64,000 bases of DNA from an uncultured Francisella sp. (lineage in GTDB: Bacteria; Pseudomonadota; Gammaproteobacteria; Thiomicrospirales; Thiomicrospiraceae). Below the pieces are notes generated by a model. The model was not told where the DNA came from and did no database searches. It saw only the letters and a list, made by a program, of their open reading frames with translations. The DNA is taken from NCBI GenBank assembly GCA_964519885.1, contig CAZFLX010000004.1, forward strand, positions 8,106-72,105, read 5' to 3'. Numbering within the stretch: the first letter of the stretch is position 1; each line of letters opens with the position of its first letter. Below are positions 1-10,656 of this stretch, in pieces. The position numbers and the translations under genes are program-made.

Positions 1-1
1 G

Positions 2-634
2 GAAAAATCGGGTTTAACCTTCCAAACAGCTAACCTAAACTTTGTTGAAGCCGAAGCCAAGGATGTGACAGAAAACACCATTTTGTGGGGCGGTGAAATG
101 CGCCTGACCCTAGACGTATTCCGTGATATGGGTAGTGCGTTTATTGTTGCCTTGGTATTGATTTACCTGATTCTGGTCGGTTACTACAAATCTTTCATGT
201 TGCCAGTAATTGTGATGGGTGCGATTCCGCTCACCATGATTGGTATCTTCCCGGGTCACTGGTTAACCGATCAAGCCTTTACCGCGACTTCGATGATTGG
301 GGTGATTGCCTTGGCAGGTATCGTGGTGCGTAATTCGTTACTGTTGATCGATTTTATTTTGGATTATCGCGCCCAAGGTCAAGACTTGAAGTCGGCGGTG
401 ATTGAAGCGGGTAAAGTGCGTTTCCGTCCGATTTTGTTAACGGCGTTAGCGATTATTTTAGGTTCCGCCATTATGATTACCGACCCGGTATTTGGTGGTT
501 TGGCGGTGTCTTTGATTTTCGGTACTTTTGCTTCGACAGCACTGACGCTGGTGGTGATTCCGTTGGTGTACTACATTTACGAATTTTACCGTGGAAAACG
601 TCAAGAGGCGCGTTTAGCCTTAGCAGTAAAATAA
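2..634 (+). CDS. RND (AcrB/HAE-type) efflux transporter permease, C-terminal fragment; 5' end outside window
   Basis: The frame is open from the window edge. The product is a run of hydrophobic helices with RND-typical segments (AGIVVRNSLLLIDF, RFRPILLTALAIILG). Confidence 0.85.
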   Translation, partial: EKSGLTFQTANLNFVEAEAKDVTENTILWGGEMRLTLDVFRDMGSAFIVALVLIYLILVGYYKSFMLPVIVMGAIPLTMIGIFPGHWLTDQAFTATSMIGVIALAGIVVRNSLLLIDFILDYRAQGQDLKSAVIEAGKVRFRPILLTALAIILGSAIMITDPVFGGLAVSLIFGTFASTALTLVVIPLVYYIYEFYRGKRQEARLALAVK

Positions 635-647
635 GCGTGCTAAGCGC

Positions 648-676
648 TTGTTAGGGAAATGAATTTCAGCTATAAT
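648..676 (+). promoter_or_regulatory. predicted sigma70 promoter for rplM-rpsI
   Basis: TTGTTA (648-653), a 17-nt spacer, then TATAAT (671-676), about 70 nt upstream of the rplM ATG. Confidence 0.45.
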
Positions 677-746
677 TCTGAGTTCCTTTTCCCTAAAACC
701 CCGAATTTTATGTAAAGCGGAAACGCTTTTTGAAAGGAAAAATTGA

Positions 747-1175
747 ATGAAAACTTTTGTTGCCAAGCCACTCGAAGTGAAACGCGATTGGTATGTGGTT
801 GATGCTGAAGGTAAAACTCTAGGTCGTTTGGCTGCGGAAATCGCGAGTCGTTTACGCGGTAAGCACAAGCCTATTTACACCCCTCACGTTGACTGTGGTG
901 ATTATATTATTGTCATTAACGCTGAAAAAATCGGTGTTACTGGCGCTAAACGTACTGACAAAATGTACTATCGTGTTACCGGTTATGTGGGTAACATGAA
1001 ATCTGCGTCATTTGAAAAAATGATTGAGCGTTCGCCTGAGCGTGTGCTTGAAATCGCGGTGAAAGGTATGTTGCCAAAAGGTCCGTTAGGTCGTGATATG
1101 TACCGTAAATTGAAAGTATTTGCGGGTAGTTCACATCCACATGCTGCACAGCAGCCTATTGCGCTAGATCTGTAA
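747..1175 (+). CDS. rplM: 50S ribosomal protein L13
   Basis: 142 aa beginning [29 protein letters not shown], a typical L13 N-terminus. AAGGAAA SD lies upstream and rpsI follows. Confidence 0.97.
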   Translation: MKTFVAKPLEVKRDWYVVDAEGKTLGRLAAEIASRLRGKHKPIYTPHVDCGDYIIVINAEKIGVTGAKRTDKMYYRVTGYVGNMKSASFEKMIERSPERVLEIAVKGMLPKGPLGRDMYRKLKVFAGSSHPHAAQQPIALDL

Positions 1176-1188
1176 GGAGTTGAAGATT

Positions 1189-1581
1189 ATGGCTATTGAA
1201 CAGTACTTAGGTACGGGTCGTCGTAAGAGCTCAACTGCACGCGTTTTCTTGCGTCAGGGCTCTGGCAAAATTGTGATTAACGGTCGTTCATTAGAACAAC
1301 ATTTCCCACGTGAAACTGACCACATGATCGTTCGTCAACCATTAGAAGTGACTGCAGCTGCAGATCGTTTTGATGTGATTGTCAACGTTGTGGGTGGTGG
1401 TACAACCGGTCAAGCGGGTGCTATCCGTCACGGTCTAGCGCGTGCGTTAGTGGCGTTCAATGAAGAAAATCGTTCTTTGTTACGTGCTAAAGGCTTGTTA
1501 ACGCGTGATGCGCGTGAAGTCGAACGTAAAAAAGTCGGTTTGCACGGTGCACGTCGTCGTCCTCAGTTCTCGAAACGTTAA
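1189..1581 (+). CDS. rpsI: 30S ribosomal protein S9
   Basis: 130 aa ending [12 protein letters not shown] chose ATG 1189 (TAAGGAG SD 9 nt upstream) over the tracked TTG at 1180. Confidence 0.97.
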   Translation: MAIEQYLGTGRRKSSTARVFLRQGSGKIVINGRSLEQHFPRETDHMIVRQPLEVTAAADRFDVIVNVVGGGTTGQAGAIRHGLARALVAFNEENRSLLRAKGLLTRDAREVERKKVGLHGARRRPQFSKR

Positions 1582-1597
1582 TTCGTTATCGAAGACA

Positions 1598-1629
1598 GAA
1601 AAAACCCGCCAGTTTGGCGGGTTTTTTTA
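1598..1629. terminator. bidirectional rho-independent terminator between rpsI and the convergent regulator gene
   Basis: CCCGCC / GGCGGG stem with a 5-nt loop, an A-run on the left and a T-run on the right. Confidence 0.8.
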
Positions 1630-1648
1630 TGTGTTGATTTTTGATAAC

Positions 1649-3028
1649 CTATTGAGCGGTTGTGTTCGCGTCTTGCCATTGTTGTTCAAAGTCAGTTAAT
1701 GATGCTTTGATGTGATTGAGTAAACGTTGGATATCAACTCGAGTAAATTCAGCATGAACCATCTCCAGTAGCATGTCATCATCGTATATCAGTTGTGTAT
1801 AATGAAAAACGTTCGTTAAAAACTGAATGATTTCAGTCAGTTCTAGTTGTTCACTGGTTGCGATAACAGCATCATGAACTTTGCAGTCTTCTGCATCGTC
1901 AAACAGAAACACATTTATTAGCCAATGGAGTCGCTCACGAGGTGACTCCAGTAGAAAGCGGACGAAATGAATGATAATGGTGATAAATTGAGCGCGACCT
2001 TCATCACTATGAAATAGCGCTTCATAGCTTTGCTTGCCATCGATAGGGTTATTAATGATTAAATCAAAGATGGTGGTGGCATGTTTGATGAAATAGTTAG
2101 ACACAGCGGCCTTAATGCCATGACACAGGGTGATCGCCATTTCTCTTTCAATATCCGACAAATTACCCGACTCTTTCGCTATGGCTAGGGTAAAGTGATG
2201 CAACCTGAGGCGATTAAAATGATCATCACGTCGGTCGCCGACTAAGGTTAAGCCGCCATGGCTGGCAAAGGCATAGCCTGTGCCGCGGATGGCTTTAATG
2301 GGAAGCGGGGTCGTATCGACTGTTGACCAGCGTTTGCGTAAGCGACTGATCATGGTATTGAGAGCGCCATCGTAACCATGTCCGTCTTTCAAACGAACAC
2401 TCTTTAGATAATGGGCAATGGTGCTACGAGAGGCTTCTTGATCTGAAAAGGCTAAAAACTCGAGAAAGGCAAATTCAGTACCCGTCAGTTTCAGTTGCTT
2501 GCCATTGGGGCTAATCAATAAAGAATCGATTTTAATCAAGCGCCATATATCGCTTCTGTTTGTTTGTGATTGTTCTGCAACAGTCACCTGCTCACAAATT
2601 GCCGTCACGCGGTTATGAAATCGTTTCACCACAGCAAGCAGTTCATTAATGTGAACCGGTTTTACCAGAAACACATCAGCACCAGAGTTATAGGCCAGTT
2701 CACGTTCTACAGGTTTATCGAGCGAGCTGACGACAACGATGGGAATGAGTTTATCTTGTTCGCGCACTTGGTGTAGTACGCCAAAGCCTGTACCATCGGG
2801 AAGTCGCATGTCAATGACCAATAAATCAGGTTTTTCAAACGCCAACTGTTCCCAAAAGCTTTCGATAGTGCCAGCAACATGCACCTTATAGCCTAATTGG
2901 CTTAAATGATAAGACAAAATACGCTGATAAACGCTATCGTCTTCCAGAATGAGGATGCTAAATGCCTGATTCTTGGGGTTGTGGCAACTATGTAAAACAC
3001 CAAATGGTATGATTGCATTATCTGTCAT
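1649..3028 (-). CDS. atypical OmpR/PhoB-family response regulator: receiver, winged-helix DNA-binding domain and a ~200-aa uncharacterised C-terminal domain
   Basis: Receiver motifs are ILILEDD, LLVIDMRLPDGTG and FLVKP. The wHTH reads LTGTEFAFLEFL...MISRLRKRW...IRGTGYAF. About 200 further residues follow, whereas normal family members end there. Confidence 0.85.
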   Translation of the reverse strand: MTDNAIIPFGVLHSCHNPKNQAFSILILEDDSVYQRILSYHLSQLGYKVHVAGTIESFWEQLAFEKPDLLVIDMRLPDGTGFGVLHQVREQDKLIPIVVVSSLDKPVERELAYNSGADVFLVKPVHINELLAVVKRFHNRVTAICEQVTVAEQSQTNRSDIWRLIKIDSLLISPNGKQLKLTGTEFAFLEFLAFSDQEASRSTIAHYLKSVRLKDGHGYDGALNTMISRLRKRWSTVDTTPLPIKAIRGTGYAFASHGGLTLVGDRRDDHFNRLRLHHFTLAIAKESGNLSDIEREMAITLCHGIKAAVSNYFIKHATTIFDLIINNPIDGKQSYEALFHSDEGRAQFITIIIHFVRFLLESPRERLHWLINVFLFDDAEDCKVHDAVIATSEQLELTEIIQFLTNVFHYTQLIYDDDMLLEMVHAEFTRVDIQRLLNHIKASLTDFEQQWQDANTTAQ

Positions 3029-3449
3029 GGTTTTGATTTGCCTTGGTCATTAGCTATGGCCATATGAAGGCTATATAAGCCTGTCCGTCATTGCCAATTC
3101 ATTTTGCTATATAGACACTCTAATTATAACATACTGAAAAGAGGTGTTTTGCGGTAAAAATATTGTTACCATTTATTACATTAAGTGATGTTATTTAGTA
3201 TTTGTCTGACCGAAGCTGATTCAGCTTACGTAATCTTTTGTGGTTTGGTTGAAGTAGTTTTTTTGATTCTTATGATTTTTATCTATCTAAAAGATGATCT
3301 AGTCGTATTTTTGAAACCTAAAAAGTCGAGCAAAGTACTAATGCCGGATAAAAAAATTCAGTTAAATTTTATTCTGTTACAAATTGTTACACGCTGTCGT
3401 TTTGGTATTAAGGGTTTGGCTTTGCCTCTCGTATGGTTGTTTCAGCCGA

Positions 3450-4268
3450 TTATTGTTTCGGTGGATATTCCAACAAGGCTATCTCATGCAATAAGTTATT
3501 CAGCAGGTGGATAGGCTCAAGATTGAGTTGTGGGTATTTTTCGGCGATATAGGCGGACATATCATGTTGAATAATGTACTGTCTTAATTGCTGGTAGATG
3601 GCAGTGAATATGGCGACCACTTCAGAGCGAGACGGGGCTTGTATCGGTTGAATGTGATGCAAAATGACACCTTGTTCAACACGACTTGTTGGCGTTGATT
3701 TCATGGATTGAATCAGCCAGTTAATGCGTTGATTGGGTTTTCCCTGTAAAAATACCGCTAATTGGAACATAATCAGCAAATAAAACGACATGGCTTTGTT
3801 GCTGTGCATAAATGCCGAATAGCTGAAGGTTCCCTGGCTTTTTAAAGTTTCAATCCAATGATCACAGACACATTGGGCTTCTTGAAAGCGGTACTGACCT
3901 ACGGCAATTTCAATGGAGGTGATGAAGGTTAACAGCCATTGACGCATGGTGTCTTGATTTTTGTTTAGTGTTGCGTTTTTGCATGCCATCATCAACTGGT
4001 TTAGCATAAAGCGCTTAAAGTGCTGACTGCGTAAGTCTAACGGGAAGCCTTGGTCTGGCGAATGCTGGCAACCGGCTGCTTCAGCGGTTTCTAACAGTAG
4101 GTTGGCATTTTGCGTCATTTCGCGCGCAAGGCGCACTCGGTCTGCCTCAGTAACTGGCTGTTGACGATTCATTTCGGCTAAGCGTTTAAAAAAAACGACG
4201 AAAAGCTGTTCAGTATAGCGTTGCAGTACGGCCAGTTTATCACTGGTCTCAGCATCCATGTCGGTCAT
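3450..4268 (-). CDS. hypothetical protein; its C-terminal ~190 aa are paralogous to the extra domain of the adjacent response regulator
   Basis: 272-aa ORF. Hand alignment to the regulator's C-terminal domain is colinear, e.g. HFKRFML...AVGQY...SYSAFMHS...FLQGKPNQRINWLI. I recognise no known family. Confidence 0.6.
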   Translation of the reverse strand: MTDMDAETSDKLAVLQRYTEQLFVVFFKRLAEMNRQQPVTEADRVRLAREMTQNANLLLETAEAAGCQHSPDQGFPLDLRSQHFKRFMLNQLMMACKNATLNKNQDTMRQWLLTFITSIEIAVGQYRFQEAQCVCDHWIETLKSQGTFSYSAFMHSNKAMSFYLLIMFQLAVFLQGKPNQRINWLIQSMKSTPTSRVEQGVILHHIQPIQAPSRSEVVAIFTAIYQQLRQYIIQHDMSAYIAEKYPQLNLEPIHLLNNLLHEIALLEYPPKQ

Positions 4269-4534
4269 TTTTTTGTCCTAGTTGATGGTTAGACAAATAT
4301 GCTAGCCGAATGGACGAAAAAATACATTAGTCTTTATTTTGTTACCTTTTATTTCATAAATACCCTTATAGGCTATGCCCATTTTTACGCTATCAGTAAG
4401 CAAAGCTGGCTTATTCTGTGTCGTTTAGGATAAAAAACTTCAATAGGCATGGCGGGGTTTGGTCTGTTTTTTCTGAATTAACTGCACGGTTCTAGTCATT
4501 GTCTGTATTGGCAGTAGCGAGGTCATTTTAGGCA

Positions 4535-4565
4535 ATAAAAAAACCCAAGCGGTAAGCTTGGGTTT
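4535..4565 (-). terminator. rho-independent terminator after the DUF465 gene
   Basis: ACCCAAGC / GCTTGGGT stem with a 4-5 nt loop, followed on the minus strand by a T-run. Confidence 0.75.
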
Positions 4566-4586
4566 TATCAGCATGGCACAACGCAG

Positions 4587-4829
4587 TTAGGCTGCTTTGA
4601 GCATGGTGTAAAGTTCATCTTTAAGCGCTAGACGTTGCTTTTTCAGATTCTCTAAATCGGCATCACCTGCGTTTTCAACCCCTTCTTCAATGCGAAGAAT
4701 TTCACGATCTAAGGCATTGTAAGCGTCAAATTGCTTAGCAAAATGCGCATCATTCATTTTTAAAGTGTGAATGACGTCTTTGAATTCTGGAAACTCATTC
4801 GCAAGTGATGGGTGGTTTTCAACGATCAT
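4587..4829 (-). CDS. DUF465 (YdcH-like) small protein
   Basis: 80 aa. EFPEFKDVIHTLK...HFAKQFDAYNALDREI...LKKQRLALKDEL matches the YdcH pattern. Confidence 0.85.
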   Translation of the reverse strand: MIVENHPSLANEFPEFKDVIHTLKMNDAHFAKQFDAYNALDREILRIEEGVENAGDADLENLKKQRLALKDELYTMLKAA

Positions 4830-4892
4830 AATAACTCCTCATGTTAAGTTTTTAAGTATAGCTGATTGATGATTAAATGAACTTAATCGAAA

Positions 4893-7800
4893 TTAAGAAT
4901 TGCGTTCATGCTTGGTTTTAAAGTCTGTCAATTGAGTCAAGGCTGCCTCGAAATCATAATTGGCCAGTTTGCGTTGCATGGCTGTAAGGGTTTGTGTTTC
5001 TTGCTGTGTGATGAGCGGTTCGGCAAGAAGTGCTTCAATAAGCGTTAAGGCATCGCTGTCTTGATCGTCTAATAATTCACTCAAGTTTGCAAATTCAGCG
5101 ATTAATCGGCTTGGCGTGGCATCTTTTAGCATGCCTTCTGGTACGACTTGATTGCTGGGTTGGCTAGTGGGTGTGGTTAGCATGTCGGCGAGTGAAGCTT
5201 TTAGGTCGTTGACTAAGGGTGTTAATGCCTGTTCGACGGCTTGTAACTGAGCAGTGATGGCTTCTTGATTGATGGGGTTAAGGCAAGCTTGCTCTAAGGC
5301 TTTCGCTTGTTGATGAAGCTGTTCCGCTCCGATATTGGCTGCAAGGCCTTTGAGTGTGTGGGCGAGACGTTCCAAGTGCTGTGCGTCGTCGGGCTGAGCC
5401 ATGGCAGCTTGGAATTGAGTGATAAAGTCGGCTTGTGATTCGACAAATTTAGACAATAGCTTTTGGTAGAAATCCGGCTTGTTCAGGCTATGGCTTAGCC
5501 CCAAGGCTTCGTTCAGGTGTGCAGAATAGTCTTGTGTTGACTGCTTCGTTGGTGGCGTGAGTGCCTGAGCATGAGTGATACTCGGCGTAAGGTCTGCAGA
5601 AGCTGGGCAAGGACACAACCAGCGTTCTAGCGTTGCATATAAGGCTGCAATGTTAATGGGTTTGGCTATGTGATCATTCATTCCAGCGGCTAGGGCGCGC
5701 TCTTTATCGCCACTCATGGCATTGGCGGTCATGGCTAAAATGGGTAGCTGTTGCCACTGGGGTTGTTGTCGAATGCGTTGGCTGGCGGTGTAACCATCCA
5801 TGATGGGCATTTGTATGTCCATCAATACTAAATCGAATGCGTCTGGATGTTGGGTAAGTTGGTCGAGGGCTTCTTGTCCGTTGTTAGCGAGGCTAACGCG
5901 CACTCCAGCATCTTGCAGAATTTCAGTGGCAATTTCTTGATTCAGTTCGTTGTCTTCAACCAATAAAATACGTTTACCTTGAAAAATTTGTCGGCTTTGG
6001 TTGCTCAGATGTTGATCGGCCTGTTTAACGTCTATCTGATTGCCTAAAATGGGGTTTAGGCTGTCGAGTAAACTGGATACGGTCACAGGCTTGTTAATCA
6101 TGCCCTTAATGAGTGGGTAGTTGGCAATGATTTCAGTCATTTCCTCGCGCCCATAGGCAGTTACCATAATAATGGTGGGGTAGTGTTCGAGCTGGAGTTG
6201 CTGAATGGCTTGGCTGGTTTCGAGTCCATCTTTTTCGGGCATTTTCCAATCCATTAACACCAGATCGTAGGATTGGTTGCTGATTTTCTCTAATGCGCAG
6301 TCACCACTGTCGCAAACCTCTGCTTGCATGCCCAGTTGACGCACAATATCGGCCAAAATTTCGCGTGCGCTGGCGTTGTCATCGACAATTAGGGTGCTCA
6401 GGTTGTTGAGTTGACCGTCGATAATGATGCGCTTGGCGCTAGGATTGGCTTGTTTTTGTAGCACAGCGGTGAAGCTAAAGGTGCTACCTTGGTTGGGTTG
6501 GCTTTCTACCCAAATGTGACCTTGCATCATGTCAACAAGGTGTTTACAGATCACTAATCCTAGCCCTGTTCCACCATATTGTCGGGTCGTTGAGGTGTCT
6601 GCCTGACTAAAGGCTTTGAATAAGCGTTCTTGCTGTTCGGCGGTCATACCAATGCCGCTGTCTTTCACAGCAAAAGTGAGTGATACTTGGTCTTCGGTTT
6701 CTTCCTTAACCTGAATATCTACAATGACTTCACCGTGATGGGTAAATTTTACAGCATTACTACCCAGGTTAAGCAAAATTTGACCTAACCGTAAGGGATC
6801 GCCAATGAGTGCGTTGGGTAAGTCTGGGGCGCTTGAAAATAACAGTTCAATGCCTTTTTCTTCGGCTTGTAAACCAATGCTGTTAGCCAGATTCTCTAGC
6901 ACTTCGTCTAGGTAGAAGGGGGTGTGTTCCATCACCATTTTACCGGCTTCAATTTTTGAGAAGTCGAGAATGTCGTTGATGATGCCTAACAAGGATTCTG
7001 CTGAGCGATGGACTTTTTCGATGTAATTGTGTTGTTTGGGGGTGAGTTCTGTTTTGAGGGCTAAATAGCTCATGCCAATGATGGCGTTCATTGGGGTGCG
7101 AATTTCGTGGCTCATGTTGGCGAGGAAGTCGGATTTGGCTTTGGTGGCTTGTTCGGCGGTTTGGCGAGCTTCTTCGAGGACCAAACGCGATTGAATGCGT
7201 TCTTCGGCATCGTGCCAAATACTTAACATTAACGGCTGCTGGTTGACGGTCATCGGGAGCAGGGTCACTTCTTGCCAATATTCAGAGCCGTCGATACGCT
7301 GACGTCGCCACTCGAAATGCACTTCTCCTAATTCTTGAGCTTGTTTTAAGTAGTGTTGAGCCAACTCAGCTGAATCTTCACCTTGGGGTTGTTGCTTGGG
7401 TGTGAAGGCTAAAGGCGTTTTGCCAATCAGTTCAGCTGGGTCTGTTACGCCGACCATTTCGGCTGCTTTTAGGTTGGCATCAATGATATTAAAGGCTTGA
7501 TCGAGCCACAGATAGCCTTCATTACTATTGTGCCATAGCGCATTGATTTTGGCTTGAGCTTCTAAGCGCTCGCTGATGTCGCGCAAGCCTGCTACGGCCA
7601 TCAGCCCCGTTTCTGACTCGACCGGGCTTAAGCTGATTTCTACCGGAAACTCTTTTCCAGATTTGCTCAGTGCATAAAGTTCTAGTCCACGATTTAACAT
7701 ACGTGGTTGTGGGTCTTTAATAAAGGTTTGAAAGTGGGCAGGATGACCATGGCGGTAACGTTGAGGTATTAATACCTCGATAGGTTCACCGATAAGTTCT

Positions 7801-9530
7801 TCGCGTTGATAACCAAATAGGCGTTCACTTTGTTGATTAATCATGGTGATTTTGCCATGCTCATCGGCAATAATCATCGCATCGGGCGCTGAATCGAGTA
7901 GGTCGCGCATTTTTTGTTCTTGGCGTTGATGCTCGGTGACATCGTTGATAATGCAGCAATAATAATCTTGTAACGAACGTTGATCGCCCACTTGCATAAA
8001 CTGCAGTTGCATCACAAAGTGACTTTGAAGGTATTGGTAACTGGTTTGTGCTTGGCTTTGATGTTCGGCATCGAGTTGGTGCTGTAATTGCAGATAGTGT
8101 TCGGCTACTGAATCGGCTAAGATTTCGGTAATCGGTTTGCCAATCAGTGTCTTAGGCGACTGGTTGAGTTGCGTTGCGGCTTGTTGATTAATCAGTTGAA
8201 CGCTTTGTTGATTATCGATAAGCAGTACTTGAATGGGTAATTGGTCAATGACATTTTGAATGAGTCGTTTAGAATTGCTGAGTTGTTCAAAGCTGGTTTG
8301 TTTTTCTTCATTCATGCAAGCCACTTCTAAGGCGACACTGATGCTTTCTGCCGCAGTTAGCAGCCATTCCTCGGTTTGTTTATCAAGCGGGTTAAGACAG
8401 AAAAGTTCAATGACCCCTTGTGCTTTTTGGTCATAATACATCGGAATGTGGATGACTTCCTGCGGTGTTAGCCCCAGTAAGCCGGTTAATATTTTCGGGG
8501 TTTGATTATCTGCTGGCAGTTTGTGACGCAGTAGGCGATGAGATGCGATGGCTGTTGCTAACAGGCCTTGATCAATCGGTAAGCAAACAGGGTGGTCGTC
8601 TGGGTAGCCTTGTTGAGCAAGACGCTCAAAACAATGACGTTGGCGGTCGATATGGTAAATCGCCATCATCGGTGCATCGAGGTGCTGATTGAATAGGTTA
8701 AGCGCGATGTTGGCGGTATCCGTTAGGCTGTGAGTGGATTTGAGTGCTGAGTTGAGTTGCGAAAGAATCGATTCGGTAAGGACGCGCTGTTCAATCGATT
8801 CATAGAGTGCTTCTAGGTCTTGTGTGCGTGTTTTGACATTCTGTTCAAGATTTTGATTGGATAGGTAGAGTGCTTGCTGAACATCGGTTAAGTTACTGAG
8901 GATTTTGCGTGCACGCAAACCAAAACCTATGCCGCTAATTAACAAAGCTAGGGCGCTAACCAGCATGAATAAGGTGGATAACCAGTAGATGTTTTCTAAA
9001 CGATTGACCTTGTGATAATTGTCGTTGCGTAGGTTGGCAACTAGCTGATTGAGGTGATGTTCGTAGTGCTGTTTGAGTTGGGTGTAGCCTGCACTAACCA
9101 AGGTTTCTTTTAACGAACCCCAGGCGTTCTGGTGCATGAGTTCGATAATGCTTGATTCAAATGCCATGACTTGTTCAGCTAATTGCAGTTGTTCATTAAT
9201 AGTTGGGATCAGTTCTGTCGGTGCTTGGGTAGCGAGTTCGCTTAGACTGTGATTGAGACGGGTTTGGTATTCTTGATAAACGCCTTTATCTAGCGTGCGA
9301 TTTTCGGCAATGGCAATTTGAATCATGCCTGCGGTTTGATGCAGTGTGTGTAAGGCTTGTTCGGTTTCTGTTTGAACCTTGATGGTGTGTTTTTGTACTT
9401 TTTCCAATTGAAACAAGGCGTATTGGCTAAACACAAACAAAATAACAAAAATGACAGCCGAAAGATAAAGCTGACTTAAGCTAATACTGGGTTGTTGGTT
9501 GGATTGGGCAGCTTCATCAGCATTATGCAT
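4893..9530 (-). CDS. hybrid sensor histidine kinase (2 TM segments, GAF, PAS repeats, HisKA, HATPase, two receivers, HPt)
   Basis: H-box [16 protein letters not shown] and G-box [13 protein letters not shown]. Receivers carry [13 protein letters not shown] and [13 protein letters not shown]. HPt reads [12 protein letters not shown]. Start set at ATG 9530 (MHNADEAAQ), which overlaps the upstream stop (ATGCATAA); the tracked 9611 start would overlap the upstream gene by 89 nt. Confidence 0.9.
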   Translation of the reverse strand: MHNADEAAQSNQQPSISLSQLYLSAVIFVILFVFSQYALFQLEKVQKHTIKVQTETEQALHTLHQTAGMIQIAIAENRTLDKGVYQEYQTRLNHSLSELATQAPTELIPTINEQLQLAEQVMAFESSIIELMHQNAWGSLKETLVSAGYTQLKQHYEHHLNQLVANLRNDNYHKVNRLENIYWLSTLFMLVSALALLISGIGFGLRARKILSNLTDVQQALYLSNQNLEQNVKTRTQDLEALYESIEQRVLTESILSQLNSALKSTHSLTDTANIALNLFNQHLDAPMMAIYHIDRQRHCFERLAQQGYPDDHPVCLPIDQGLLATAIASHRLLRHKLPADNQTPKILTGLLGLTPQEVIHIPMYYDQKAQGVIELFCLNPLDKQTEEWLLTAAESISVALEVACMNEEKQTSFEQLSNSKRLIQNVIDQLPIQVLLIDNQQSVQLINQQAATQLNQSPKTLIGKPITEILADSVAEHYLQLQHQLDAEHQSQAQTSYQYLQSHFVMQLQFMQVGDQRSLQDYYCCIINDVTEHQRQEQKMRDLLDSAPDAMIIADEHGKITMINQQSERLFGYQREELIGEPIEVLIPQRYRHGHPAHFQTFIKDPQPRMLNRGLELYALSKSGKEFPVEISLSPVESETGLMAVAGLRDISERLEAQAKINALWHNSNEGYLWLDQAFNIIDANLKAAEMVGVTDPAELIGKTPLAFTPKQQPQGEDSAELAQHYLKQAQELGEVHFEWRRQRIDGSEYWQEVTLLPMTVNQQPLMLSIWHDAEERIQSRLVLEEARQTAEQATKAKSDFLANMSHEIRTPMNAIIGMSYLALKTELTPKQHNYIEKVHRSAESLLGIINDILDFSKIEAGKMVMEHTPFYLDEVLENLANSIGLQAEEKGIELLFSSAPDLPNALIGDPLRLGQILLNLGSNAVKFTHHGEVIVDIQVKEETEDQVSLTFAVKDSGIGMTAEQQERLFKAFSQADTSTTRQYGGTGLGLVICKHLVDMMQGHIWVESQPNQGSTFSFTAVLQKQANPSAKRIIIDGQLNNLSTLIVDDNASAREILADIVRQLGMQAEVCDSGDCALEKISNQSYDLVLMDWKMPEKDGLETSQAIQQLQLEHYPTIIMVTAYGREEMTEIIANYPLIKGMINKPVTVSSLLDSLNPILGNQIDVKQADQHLSNQSRQIFQGKRILLVEDNELNQEIATEILQDAGVRVSLANNGQEALDQLTQHPDAFDLVLMDIQMPIMDGYTASQRIRQQPQWQQLPILAMTANAMSGDKERALAAGMNDHIAKPINIAALYATLERWLCPCPASADLTPSITHAQALTPPTKQSTQDYSAHLNEALGLSHSLNKPDFYQKLLSKFVESQADFITQFQAAMAQPDDAQHLERLAHTLKGLAANIGAEQLHQQAKALEQACLNPINQEAITAQLQAVEQALTPLVNDLKASLADMLTTPTSQPSNQVVPEGMLKDATPSRLIAEFANLSELLDDQDSDALTLIEALLAEPLITQQETQTLTAMQRKLANYDFEAALTQLTDFKTKHERNS

Positions 9531-10557
9531 GAGCGTCTTCCTGATAGCGCTGTTGTATGTCCTTAAACTCATCCAGACTGGCATCAAAAATGTCCATGAG
9601 ACCAGGATCAAAATGTTTGCCGGCGCCTTCGTGAATTGCGGCAGCGGCTTTTTCCACGGGCCAAGCTTCTTTGTAGGGGCGTTTACTGGTTAGGGCATCA
9701 TAGACATCGGCAAGTGCTGCTAAACGTCCGACAAACGGAATAGCTTCTCCTGTCAAACCATTTGGATAACCACTACCATCCCATTTTTCGTGATGCGTGA
9801 GGGCAATGGTGCGTGCATATTGCATAAGAGGATGATTGTGTTCGCCAATAATATCGGCACCAATTTGCGGATGTTGGCGCATTAATGCCCATTCTTCTTC
9901 ATTTAATGGGCCGGGCTTGAGGATAATTCGGTCGGGGATGCCAATTTTGCCAATGTCATGCATGGGCATAGCGTTAAAAATTAAGTCCGCTTCGTCTTCG
10001 GGTACGCCGGCTTTGAGTGCCATGACGCGCGCATAATGGCTCATGCGGATAACGTGTCGTCCCGTTTCGTTGTCTTTGTATTCGGCGGCGCGCCCTAAGC
10101 GTTGAATGATTTGCAAACGTGTTTCATGCAATTCTTCGGTTCGTGCTCTCACTTCTTGTTCTAATGCGCGTTGTTGGTTGTGTAGCGCCAAGTGGGTTTT
10201 TACTCTGGCCAGCACAATGGCAGGGCTGATGGGTTTGGTGATGTAGTCTACCGCACCCACTGCAAAACCACGGGTTTCATCTTGTGTTTCACTCATGGCG
10301 GTGACAAAAATAACGGGAATTTGTGCGTAGCGCGGATCGGCTTTGAGCAGTTCACAGAGGGTGTAACCATCCATGCCCGGCATCATGATGTCGAGCAGAA
10401 TTAAGTCGGGTGGGTGTTTGTGAATGAGTTTTAAGGCGTTTTCACCACTGGTAGCCAGTCTAACTCGATAATAGGGCGACAATACATCGCGCAGCAAATC
10501 TAGATTGAGAGGGGTGTCATCAACAATTAACAGGTTAGCCGTATTATGGGTAGTCAT
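9523..10557 (-). CDS. response regulator with HD-GYP c-di-GMP phosphodiesterase domain (RpfG family)
   Basis: Receiver ([25 protein letters not shown]) followed by [10 protein letters not shown] and [14 protein letters not shown]. Confidence 0.92.
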   Translation of the reverse strand: MTTHNTANLLIVDDTPLNLDLLRDVLSPYYRVRLATSGENALKLIHKHPPDLILLDIMMPGMDGYTLCELLKADPRYAQIPVIFVTAMSETQDETRGFAVGAVDYITKPISPAIVLARVKTHLALHNQQRALEQEVRARTEELHETRLQIIQRLGRAAEYKDNETGRHVIRMSHYARVMALKAGVPEDEADLIFNAMPMHDIGKIGIPDRIILKPGPLNEEEWALMRQHPQIGADIIGEHNHPLMQYARTIALTHHEKWDGSGYPNGLTGEAIPFVGRLAALADVYDALTSKRPYKEAWPVEKAAAAIHEGAGKHFDPGLMDIFDASLDEFKDIQQRYQEDAHA

Positions 10558-10656
10558 GATAAGCCAGTTCGTAATCTAAATTAGCAATAATTTTATCATG
10601 GCAACTGACAAGAGGAGGTATTTTAAAAGTATTAAATTATTTTGGATAAAACAATG

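Noticed and set aside
3185-3514. 109-aa plus-strand ORF in the AT-rich spacer upstream of the atypical regulator.
   Set aside because: It has a GTG start with no SD, AT-rich low-complexity hydrophobic content, and runs antisense into the 3' end of the 272-aa ORF. It is most likely non-coding regulatory DNA.
6949-7278. 109-aa ORF nested in the hybrid kinase gene on the same strand in another frame.
   Set aside because: Its composition is Arg/Pro/His-rich and low in complexity, it lies wholly within the well-supported HisKA region, and it has no independent start context.
9531-9611. Tracked N-terminal extension of the hybrid kinase ([27 protein letters not shown]...).
   Set aside because: It lies entirely inside the upstream HD-GYP gene. 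ATG 9530 gives a classic overlapping stop/start junction and a sensible N-terminus.
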